From IMG/VR virus record IMGVR_UViG_3300000949_000001, positions 1-30,627 of that record: a DNA stretch of 30,627 nucleotides. The stretch is one strand, 5' to 3'. This stretch comes from a virus. Both the position numbers and the translations under genes were made by a program. Of the stretch, positions 6,705-13,606 are shown piece by piece (the first letter of the stretch is position 1; every line of letters starts with the position of its first letter). The notes below the pieces were generated by a model that saw only the letters and a list, made by a program, of their open reading frames with translations, searched no databases and was not told the origin of the DNA.

Positions 6705-6823
6705 ACCGTATAAAGTCTATTGCTTTTCAATGCTTTATCGATGTTTAGTTATTATTTGTTGTTTATTATCTACAATTCAATGGTTTTTGTTGTTTATACG
6801 CAACGAAACCTTATACTAAACCG

Positions 6824-7156
6824 TTAGATTTCTTTTATTTGAACTTCAGCTTGTGTCAACCAATCTTCAAATCTTATTGATCTGTTTACGAATGTTATGT
6901 GATCAATGTTTTCTGATAAATGTATATTTTCAAAAATTTCGGCAACTTTATATTTAAATTCCTGCACTAAATAATCTAAATGATTCAAATCTCTTTTTTT
7001 ATTAGTTCCGAAAATGTACTGATTCAAAAACACTTTGTTCAATTCTGTTTTTGGTATTTTATACTCCCTTGAAATCTTTTTATTGTTGAGACTTAAATCG
7101 CCTGTTCTATTTAAAACCAGCGAAAGCTCATAGGTTAAATAATAGTGATCCTTCAT
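6824..7156 (-). CDS. Hypothetical protein (110 aa)
   Basis: ORF separated by 2 nt from the upstream gene. No motif recognised. Confidence 0.6.
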   Translation of the reverse strand: MKDHYYLTYELSLVLNRTGDLSLNNKKISREYKIPKTELNKVFLNQYIFGTNKKRDLNHLDYLVQEFKYKVAEIFENIHLSENIDHITFVNRSIRFEDWLTQAEVQIKEI

Positions 7157-7158
7157 AA

Positions 7159-7341
7159 TTAAATTTTTTCAATTTCTTTATATATCTGATCTTTTAAAGT
7201 TTGAATACTTTTGTTTTGTTCAGAAATCTGAACTTTCAACAAATCAATTTCAATTTCTATTTTAGCCAACTTTAATTCGCCCAATACATAAACATTATCC
7301 GTTCCCTCAAATAATGCGATTAATTTATCTAGCCTTTCCAT
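7159..7341 (-). CDS. Hypothetical coiled-coil protein (60 aa)
   Basis: Heptad-like sequence LKLAKIEIEIDLLKVQISEQNKSIQTLKDQIYKEIEKI. Confidence 0.5.
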   Translation of the reverse strand: MERLDKLIALFEGTDNVYVLGELKLAKIEIEIDLLKVQISEQNKSIQTLKDQIYKEIEKI

Positions 7342-7343
7342 AA

Positions 7344-7472
7344 TTAAATAACTTCTATTTTACCGTTTCTGTAATGTTGGCATATTACGCCAGTTCCTAA
7401 AATAACCGTCTTAAATGGTATTAAATTCTTGTTTTCTTTGTACTCTTTGATAATTCTTTTAATTGTTTTCAT
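7344..7472 (-). CDS. Hypothetical small protein (42 aa)
   Basis: Hand translation gives MKTIKRIIKEYKENKNLIPFKTVILGTGVICQHYRNGKIEVI. Its stop lies 2 nt before the next start. Confidence 0.35.
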   Translation of the reverse strand: MKTIKRIIKEYKENKNLIPFKTVILGTGVICQHYRNGKIEVI

Positions 7473-7487
7473 AATGTTTAAATTAAT

Positions 7488-7505
7488 GGCGGTTTTTACA
7501 CCGCC
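7488..7505 (-). terminator. GGCGG/CCGCC hairpin after the 7515..7769 gene
   Basis: 5-bp GC stem with an 8-nt loop. The downstream U tract is weak, so this may be an attenuator or a stability element. Confidence 0.3.
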
Positions 7506-7514
7506 GTTTATTAT

Positions 7515-7769
7515 TTATTTTTTTAATAATTCCTGAATTATTTCTGTTTGATACCCGATATGGTTATTTAAAACATAAATAGAATCTAACTTATCCGAAG
7601 TCAATACAACCTCATTTTCATATTGTCCATCTCTTGTATAAATCATAATCTCTTGACCAAGAGCATTAAAGTTTCTGTCATAAGTAAAACCTCCATAAGA
7701 ATTACTTAATGCGTGATCAATATGCTCTTTTATTACTAATACGTCTGCGATGTTTTCGAAAGTTGTCAT
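7515..7769 (-). CDS. Hypothetical protein (84 aa from ATG 7769)
   Basis: The track ORF starts at GTG 7805. The ATG at 7769 (MTTFENIADV) carries the same 20-nt start region as the 21754..22026 gene, so it is the preferred start. Confidence 0.6.
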   Translation of the reverse strand: MTTFENIADVLVIKEHIDHALSNSYGGFTYDRNFNALGQEIMIYTRDGQYENEVVLTSDKLDSIYVLNNHIGYQTEIIQELLKK

Positions 7770-7807
7770 AATATTTGTTTTTGTTTTGTTACGTCTTATT
7801 GACACTA

Positions 7808-7815
7808 CAAAGATA
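7808..7815 (-). promoter_or_regulatory. TAtcTTTG box, candidate promoter of the accessory island
   Basis: Plus strand reads CAAAGATA. It lies 38 nt upstream of ATG 7769 and just downstream of the capsid terminator. Confidence 0.4.
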
Positions 7816-7883
7816 AAACCTTTTTTGGAATTAAAAAAATATTTTCAGTTTTTTTTAAAGTTTTTTTTCATTTAGTGCTGAAA

Positions 7884-7900
7884 CCCTTATAAATAAAGGG
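7884..7900 (-). terminator. Second hairpin after the capsid gene (CCCTT-loop7-AAGGG)
   Basis: 5-bp stem seen directly, in tandem with the stronger hairpin at 7904-7932. Confidence 0.35.
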
Positions 7901-7903
7901 AAT

Positions 7904-7932
7904 AAAAAAAGGCCTGAAAATTAATCCAGGCC
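7904..7932 (-). terminator. Intrinsic terminator after the major capsid gene
   Basis: The minus RNA forms GGCCUG-loop10-CAGGCC, a perfect 6-bp GC-rich stem, followed by U7. Confidence 0.7.
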
Positions 7933-7956
7933 CTTCTAAATTTAAAAATTTACTAA

Positions 7957-9141
7957 TTATGCAGTCTCTAAAGCAGCCTTTGCAGTTGCAAAAGATCCGT
8001 TCACGAAAGCATTTGGTAAATAGTTAGTCAATGCTACTCTTTCAGAAACTCTAACAGTAACAAATCCATCTCTTACGTTAGTTCCATCCTCTCTAAAGAA
8101 TTCTACATTTAAACCATCTCTGATCCATAATTGAGTTCCAACTGCAAAATTACCAACTAAGAAAGTTCCAGCAGCAATAGCTGTATTTAAAACAACTTTC
8201 ACGCCCATAAATACTGGCTGCAATCCGTTGTAAACTTGATCTTTCAAGTAATTGTTTTGAGTATCTTTCAATAATAAGATTTTGTGGAAATCTGAAGGAT
8301 TTAACAAGATAGTGTCAGCATTATAGTTAGCCAAAGCTAATTGATTTAAAGCAGCAACAATCACGTCAAATTCATTTGCAGACTCTACAGTTCCAGCTAA
8401 AGATCCAGCAGCAAAGTCAGCAGCATCTGTAATGATTCCGCTTAATTGTGCGCCTGTTCCAGCTCCACTTAAAATTTGTGTGTCTTCAACTTCTAAAAGT
8501 TTTTGTGGCGCTCTAGTTGAAATATAAGAAGTCAACTGAGGCGTATCTGCCAACATCTCTTCAGAAATTCTGAAATAAGTACCAATTTTTCTAACGTTTG
8601 CGTCAGTTGCAATCATATCGAAATCAGATTGTACTAATGTGATTCCTTCAGCAGTTGCACCAGCACCGTTTGAATATCCGCTTTCTTTTACGAAACGAAC
8701 AACGTCAGACTGAGTTGATCCTTGAGCTAATAATTGACGAATATGAACTGGTCTTGTTGGATCAAATTTATATCCAGGAACTCTGTCAGCTGGAATAACT
8801 TCACCTGTAAAATCAGCTCCAACAGTCATATCAGCTTTGATTTCAAAAGACGAACTTCTTGAATTTCCTTTTGCAATTCCTTCGATTGCGCCACCTTCGA
8901 TTGCTTCAACTAAAGCACTTTTGAAAGTCATTCTTTTAGCTGTGCTAAATTGTTTTTTAGTAGCAACTTCCATTGCATCTAAACGATCGTTTAATTTGTT
9001 AGATAATTCAACAACTTCATTTTTAACGATTTCGTTTGCTTTTACAACAGCATTTTCTATTGCGATGCTGTTAGATTTTTCAATTTTTGAATCAATAGCT
9101 TGGTTAAATTGATCCAATTGGTTTTTTAAATTTTCGTCCAT
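7957..9141 (-). CDS. Major capsid protein, HK97 fold, with N-terminal coiled-coil delta-like region
   Basis: Core FVKESGYSNGAGATAEGITL...ISEEMLADTP...EVEDTQILSGAGTGAQLSGI matches the HK97-family Phage_capsid pattern. It follows the prohead protease gene. Confidence 0.9.
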   Translation of the reverse strand: MDENLKNQLDQFNQAIDSKIEKSNSIAIENAVVKANEIVKNEVVELSNKLNDRLDAMEVATKKQFSTAKRMTFKSALVEAIEGGAIEGIAKGNSRSSSFEIKADMTVGADFTGEVIPADRVPGYKFDPTRPVHIRQLLAQGSTQSDVVRFVKESGYSNGAGATAEGITLVQSDFDMIATDANVRKIGTYFRISEEMLADTPQLTSYISTRAPQKLLEVEDTQILSGAGTGAQLSGIITDAADFAAGSLAGTVESANEFDVIVAALNQLALANYNADTILLNPSDFHKILLLKDTQNNYLKDQVYNGLQPVFMGVKVVLNTAIAAGTFLVGNFAVGTQLWIRDGLNVEFFREDGTNVRDGFVTVRVSERVALTNYLPNAFVNGSFATAKAALETA

Positions 9142-9144
9142 TTT

Positions 9145-9834
9145 TTATTTTTTTAACGAGTTAATTAAATAGTTATACACTTCCAAATCATTGTTTTTTA
9201 TTTCTACATTCGGCGAAGTGATTTCATCTGTCGGCTTCGTGAACTCCATAAATAATGATTTTAATTTTAATATTTCCGCTTCAATTGCGAAACCCATTTC
9301 GTCTGAGATTTCACCTTTGCGAATTAATTTTGTTAGATTGTCGTATCTTTTAGATAGTTTTTCAACGTCAATGTTTCCTTTAACGTCTAATATTTTTGCC
9401 TGATCATTCGCTGCTAATGTTACAGCTGAAATCTCATAAAGTTTAACTTCGCTTATTTCTCGATAGTCTCCTTTATTTTGTTTTTGGATTGGCATAATAC
9501 CAACAGAATTCTCAGTTATTACGCCTGATTTCATTAACTCAACAACATCTTTTCCTAATTGCGTTTTTGCAATTTCAGCAACAAAAACCAAACCTTTGTC
9601 ATCCTCATAAAGTTCAGTCATCTTACCGATAGGCTGATTCATATCGTGCTGATATAAATATTTAACCCTGTTGCCATTTTCTGCAATAGTTTTTTTATAT
9701 GCGCCTTTTAAAATAACATCAGAATCTGAATCCTTATTTCCAAAATAAGATCCATATCCTTTAATGATTCCAGCGTTTTCGTCTGCGTCTAATAATTCAC
9801 CTATTGGTGCTGCCTTATATAAAATAGAATTCAT
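9145..9834 (-). CDS. HK97-family prohead serine protease (Peptidase_S78-like)
   Basis: GIIKGYGSYFGNKDSDSDVILKGAYKKT...YLYQHD...ENSVGI matches the family pattern, including the candidate His and Ser positions. Confidence 0.85.
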   Translation of the reverse strand: MNSILYKAAPIGELLDADENAGIIKGYGSYFGNKDSDSDVILKGAYKKTIAENGNRVKYLYQHDMNQPIGKMTELYEDDKGLVFVAEIAKTQLGKDVVELMKSGVITENSVGIMPIQKQNKGDYREISEVKLYEISAVTLAANDQAKILDVKGNIDVEKLSKRYDNLTKLIRKGEISDEMGFAIEAEILKLKSLFMEFTKPTDEITSPNVEIKNNDLEVYNYLINSLKK

Positions 9835-9848
9835 TTAATAAAATTTTG

Positions 9849-9858
9849 GTAAATATAC
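9849..9858 (-). promoter_or_regulatory. Candidate late-promoter box GTATATTTAC, copy 2
   Basis: Identical 10-mer, with 14 nt between it and the protease ATG 9834. Confidence 0.3.
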
Positions 9859-9878
9859 GATATTTGATTTTTATATTT

Positions 9879-9886
9879 TATCTTTG
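9879..9886 (+). promoter_or_regulatory. TAtcTTTG box on the plus strand upstream of the tRNA-like gene
   Basis: Exact TAnnTTTG match, with 15 nt between it and position 9902. Confidence 0.35.
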
Positions 9887-9901
9887 TTTTTTATTAATAA
9901 A

Positions 9902-9978
9902 TCACAATTAGCTCAGAGGCTTAGAGCATAATGACGTAAAACATCTGTTAGGGCATCGGTTCGAATCCGATATTGTGT
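9902..9978 (+). tRNA. tRNA-like gene with canonical D and T arms but a non-canonical anticodon arm (isotype not assignable)
   Basis: D arm is GCTC-AGAGGCTTA-GAGC. T arm is ATCGG-TTCGAAT-CCGAT. The acceptor stem pairs 6 of 7 (TCACAAT/ATTGTGT, with a T.T at 1-72). The only anticodon stem I can draw is TAATG/TGTTA (two G.U pairs) closing a 12-nt loop ACGTAAAACATC. No CCA is encoded. Confidence 0.5.
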
Positions 9979-9988
9979 AAAAATAATT

Positions 9989-10054
9989 CAGTTGCGTATT
10001 AATTACGTGCTATAATCTAATTAAGAGCTTTAGACAACTGTTTTATTTTTTTTT
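9989..10054 (+). terminator. Plus-strand terminator-like element after the tRNA-like gene
   Basis: CAGTTG (9989-9994) pairs with CAACTG (10035-10040) and is followed by TTTTATTTTTTTTT. The loop is long (40 nt) and contains a small inner hairpin, so the call is weak. Confidence 0.25.
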
Positions 10055-10062
10055 AAAAAAAA

Positions 10063-10239
10063 TTATATTTTTTCAAATACTATACTATTGCCTTGATTTG
10101 GCAATGGTTTATTGTGCGGCTCTAATGTTCCAACTCCATAAGGAATTCCGTTAGGAAATGCTTTACAATTGCCTTGAAATTCATTAAAGTTTTTACAATG
10201 AAAACAATTTGTTTTATTTGATTCTTTTAATGTAGCCAT
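10063..10239 (-). CDS. Small Cys-containing protein (58 aa, below track cutoff)
   Basis: Hand translation gives MATLKESNKTNCFHCKNFNEFQGNCKAFPNGIPYGVGTLEPHNKPLPNQGNSIVFEKI. Its ATG directly abuts the MuF stop. Confidence 0.45.
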   Translation of the reverse strand: MATLKESNKTNCFHCKNFNEFQGNCKAFPNGIPYGVGTLEPHNKPLPNQGNSIVFEKI

Positions 10240-11817
10240 TTATTGATTTTTTAAATATTGTTCAATTACTTCCCCAACTAACTTAGAATATTTTGAAGGA
10301 TTTGACGACAATGTAAATTCAGTAAATGCTTCGGCAATGAACTCATCTAATGAATGAAGCGCATATCTTCCAATATAAATTTCATTGTATTTTTTTATAT
10401 TATTTGCATCTCTTAAAGCTCTCATTTCTGCGTAATATTGTTGTCTAATTTCCCTAATTTTATCTAAAACTTCACGTTTGCCTTTCATAGAAGTATGTAA
10501 TAAAACGTGCGCCATTTCGTGAACTGGCGTTGATAACAAAATTTTGTCTGGATCTACTACACTAAACCATCGAGTTGTAAGTTTATTCTCTATTATACGC
10601 ATTCTTGACGAAGCGTCTTCAATTAAATCACCTAAATTTATTTTAGTTAAATTTCCGCTTACCGAATATCTTTCAACATAACCATAAGTTCTTACACCAC
10701 TACTAAACAACATTTTAATTGATTGTTGATTTTCTATTGAACTGAAATTATATTTTAGTAATAATTCATCTAATTTATTATATATTAAATTATATTGTTG
10801 AATTGTTAATTTTTTCGATGTTCTAATTGACGATAAATCAATCTTATATTTTGAAAATAATTCCGTCATTCCGTTTTTAAAATCGTTAATTGTTTTAAAA
10901 GCGGCACTAGTTCTTTCAATTATATTTTGCGAAGCTGAAACAACAACAGAACTAACTGCCGAAATAACATCTGTTAATCCAAATCCAGTAGATTCTGCGC
11001 CCCCTAAACCAATATTTATATCTGTTATTCCGCCAACACTTTGAGCGTTTTGTTTAGGAAATGGCGCAACGCTACATCTGCAATTCACAACCTCCGCAGC
11101 TGGGCCTGAAGGATCACCAGGATACATCATAAAAGATCCACCAACCATAAAAGGCTGATTGTAATCAATTGGATCACTTGCTCCTGCTTCAGTATGCGTA
11201 CTCCTAGTCCTATCGTCAAAACTTGCAATCCATTCTTTTTGCATTTGCGCTCCTGGAAATATAGTTGTTGCTGATTCCATCGTTGCAAAATTAGCTGCAT
11301 TTGTGGCCTCAGTACGAACTAATCGTTCCGCTTGGTATTTTGAATACTTACTAAATTGATTTCTTAAAATACGCCCTTTTTCAATATTTCCAACGCTCAT
11401 AAAATCAGGATCAGAAATAAGGTTTTGTGTTACTTTTATCAAAGTTTGTTTTGCAGTTCCTGAAACCAAAGTCACCCTTTGCGCACCAACTGCCGATCCA
11501 AAAGATGCGAAAGTATTTTCCCATTGTGAAGCGTATTGATTTGGATTTACGCCTTTTGTTAAATACTTGTCAAAGTTTTTTGCGTACCAATTTGCAAAAC
11601 GCATTCCTATTTGAGAATACAAATCACGATATAATTTCAAAAGATCCTGATCTTGAAATAAAAGCTGAAATGTAGTTTGATTTTGAGACAAAAAAGATTC
11701 AACGCCTTTATTATATTCCTTTTGATAATATGATTTTATTTTTGCAGTTTGTGCTTTTTCAGCAGTAAATAACTGATTTTCAAAATCACGTTGCCATTTG
11801 TCTCTATTTAATTCCAA
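10240..11817 (-). CDS. MuF / SPP1 gp7-like minor head protein fused to a C-terminal HExxH (zincin-like) domain
   Basis: Phage_Mu_F signature RLVRTEATNAAN...DDRTRSTHTE...PGDPSGPAAEVVNCRC at residues about 160-250. A Gly/Ser-rich linker follows, then a roughly 230-aa extension with HEMAH (nt 10507-10521) and a downstream DEFIAEAF. Confidence 0.8.
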   Translation of the reverse strand: MELNRDKWQRDFENQLFTAEKAQTAKIKSYYQKEYNKGVESFLSQNQTTFQLLFQDQDLLKLYRDLYSQIGMRFANWYAKNFDKYLTKGVNPNQYASQWENTFASFGSAVGAQRVTLVSGTAKQTLIKVTQNLISDPDFMSVGNIEKGRILRNQFSKYSKYQAERLVRTEATNAANFATMESATTIFPGAQMQKEWIASFDDRTRSTHTEAGASDPIDYNQPFMVGGSFMMYPGDPSGPAAEVVNCRCSVAPFPKQNAQSVGGITDINIGLGGAESTGFGLTDVISAVSSVVVSASQNIIERTSAAFKTINDFKNGMTELFSKYKIDLSSIRTSKKLTIQQYNLIYNKLDELLLKYNFSSIENQQSIKMLFSSGVRTYGYVERYSVSGNLTKINLGDLIEDASSRMRIIENKLTTRWFSVVDPDKILLSTPVHEMAHVLLHTSMKGKREVLDKIREIRQQYYAEMRALRDANNIKKYNEIYIGRYALHSLDEFIAEAFTEFTLSSNPSKYSKLVGEVIEQYLKNQ

Positions 11818-11821
11818 AATA

Positions 11822-12097
11822 TTAATCGTTTATTTGATTCAATTTTGCATTTACCCAATCCCTCATTGCTGTACCACCCCAAAGATTCCAACTAACATAA
11901 CCATTATCCCTCCAGGGAGTATCTTTATATTGATCCGCTATTGTTTGATTTCCTTCGTGTCGTGCAAAAAATGATTTAATCCTATTTAGCATTTCAATTG
12001 TCAACGGATCTCTATTAGCTAACATCGTTGCACGTCTCCATCCTGTTGCAGTTCCAGCGGTAACCTGATCGCCATATTTTTCCCTCCACTCCAACAT
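11822..12097 (-). CDS. Conserved phage protein ending in W..WGG...W; the true N-terminus is probably upstream of ATG 12097
   Basis: Pattern NAKRMLEWR...GTATGWRRA...FFARHEGN...WNLWGGTAMRDW. The reading frame stays open without any ATG, GTG or TTG up to 12169. See the finding at 12098-12174. Confidence 0.6.
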   Translation of the reverse strand: MLEWREKYGDQVTAGTATGWRRATMLANRDPLTIEMLNRIKSFFARHEGNQTIADQYKDTPWRDNGYVSWNLWGGTAMRDWVNAKLNQIND

Positions 12098-12153
12098 TCT
12101 CTTTGCATTATTTGATGCTGTTTGTGGATATGAATCGAACGTTTCCTGTTTAC

Positions 12154-13557
12154 TTATTGGATTTTTTTTTTAACGTCTTTTAAAAACTTATTTACGTCAA
12201 TATCAATTGGATCAATTTCAGGATCAACATCAGTCACTTTTGTTGGAATTAAATTTGCTGGAATGAAATAATCATTTAAAACATCACTCTCTTCGTCAAT
12301 TCCGTATGCCATTACCGAACGTTTTTCGTTTGGCGTTAACCACCAAGCCTTTGCTAATTGATCAACAACCTTGTCAGCCTCTTCTTGCAATTCAGGAATA
12401 ACTGTAAAATCAAATTCAATACAAAGTTTGTTCCCATATTTAGGCGCTAACCATCTATTCAATTCGTCTTTAATCTTTAACAATTCAGGAATTACAGCAT
12501 TTTGATATAAGGCTTTTTTAGCTTCCTTCATATTGTTGTAGCTGCTGGAATCAGTATTGTTTAATAATTGAACAGGAACGTTGTAAATATTACAAAGATC
12601 TTTTATTGATGCGTTATATTGTTCAATTAAAGAAACATCTGAAGCGTTTAATCCAAAGTTAACCCAGCTTAATTTTTTTGGCGTGATAATAACATCACCA
12701 GCATTGTCAGATCCCTGAAATTGTTTTCTAAATTTATCTTTGAGTTGTTGCGCTTGTACTTCATTCAAATCGCCCTCTTCTGACATCAGCAAACCTCTTG
12801 CTGTTTGATTTTGCAAATATTTTACTCCTGTTTGTACCGCTTCGTTATTTGTGGTCAAAGAACGTAAACCAGCTCTCAAAGGTGATTGTCCATACAAATG
12901 CGATCCGCTTCCATCATAATAAGGATTGAAATCTTTAATGTGACAAATCTCAGAAGCTGGAATTTCAAAAGTTCCGTTATATTCAATTTTATATTTTTGA
13001 ACAGGCTGCATAATACCTCCTGAAACGATTTCCATAACTTGCGAAGGCATACAATACAATTCTGTAAATTTACCCATCTTAGGCCCTGAATCAGGCCCAA
13101 TTCCGTATATATATCTGTTTCCTGTTAATTTTCCAAAAGAAATAATTTCAGTCATAAATGAATTATAAGACTGTCCTGGATTCGGACGTTCTAAAAGTTC
13201 GTGCAATTCAGTATCGCTCAATTCAACTAAAGAATTTTTTTGCAACAATGCAGCCTTATTGATTGTCGATGAATCAATCGTTCCGCTAGTCAAAGATTTG
13301 TATCTTTTGTAATCGTTTTCATTTTTAACCTCGTAAATTTGAAAAGGAATTGTTGTAGCTGCCTTTGTTATTAAATTAATAATTGAATAAATTGTTGAAT
13401 TTTTACGATAGCCTTCTGTAATATAAGAATCGTCATTTTCAGGATTCCAAACAATAGATTCACCAAGCCAATTATATATTGCTTTGTTATAGTTGAAATT
13501 TGTGTTTTGTGCGTTTTTGCTTACAATAGCTTTTAAACGATCTAGGAATGAAGCCAT
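12154..13557 (-). CDS. Portal protein (HK97-type Phage_portal)
   Basis: 467 aa, immediately downstream of TerL. Acidic C-terminal region. Size and position are typical. Confidence 0.8.
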   Translation of the reverse strand: MASFLDRLKAIVSKNAQNTNFNYNKAIYNWLGESIVWNPENDDSYITEGYRKNSTIYSIINLITKAATTIPFQIYEVKNENDYKRYKSLTSGTIDSSTINKAALLQKNSLVELSDTELHELLERPNPGQSYNSFMTEIISFGKLTGNRYIYGIGPDSGPKMGKFTELYCMPSQVMEIVSGGIMQPVQKYKIEYNGTFEIPASEICHIKDFNPYYDGSGSHLYGQSPLRAGLRSLTTNNEAVQTGVKYLQNQTARGLLMSEEGDLNEVQAQQLKDKFRKQFQGSDNAGDVIITPKKLSWVNFGLNASDVSLIEQYNASIKDLCNIYNVPVQLLNNTDSSSYNNMKEAKKALYQNAVIPELLKIKDELNRWLAPKYGNKLCIEFDFTVIPELQEEADKVVDQLAKAWWLTPNEKRSVMAYGIDEESDVLNDYFIPANLIPTKVTDVDPEIDPIDIDVNKFLKDVKKKIQ

Positions 13558-13589
13558 ATTTTATTTTATATAAAATTTTCGTAAAAATA

Positions 13590-13597
13590 CAAAATTA
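13590..13597 (-). promoter_or_regulatory. TAatTTTG box upstream of the portal gene
   Basis: Plus strand reads CAAAATTA, with 32 nt between it and ATG 13557. Confidence 0.3.
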
Positions 13598-13606
13598 AAA
13601 ATTGTT

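Noticed and set aside
9902-9978. The tRNA-like element as an attP core for tRNA-site integration.
   Set aside because: I recognise no integrase, recombinase, excisionase or CI-type repressor gene anywhere in the genome. Both halves of the tRNA-like fold are present, rather than only a 3' fragment.
12123-12131. DnaA-box-like TGTGGATAT (8/9 match to TGTGGATAA) as a target for the DnaA-domain-IV-like protein.
   Set aside because: It is an isolated single copy inside the coding or extension region after the portal gene. I saw no cluster of boxes anywhere, so it is not distinguishable from chance.
12876-13100. Minus-strand ORFs nested out of frame inside the portal gene (12876..13100) and inside the ParB-like gene (15526..15723).
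   Set aside because: They are fully embedded in alternative frames of well-supported genes. They have no motif and no independent start context.
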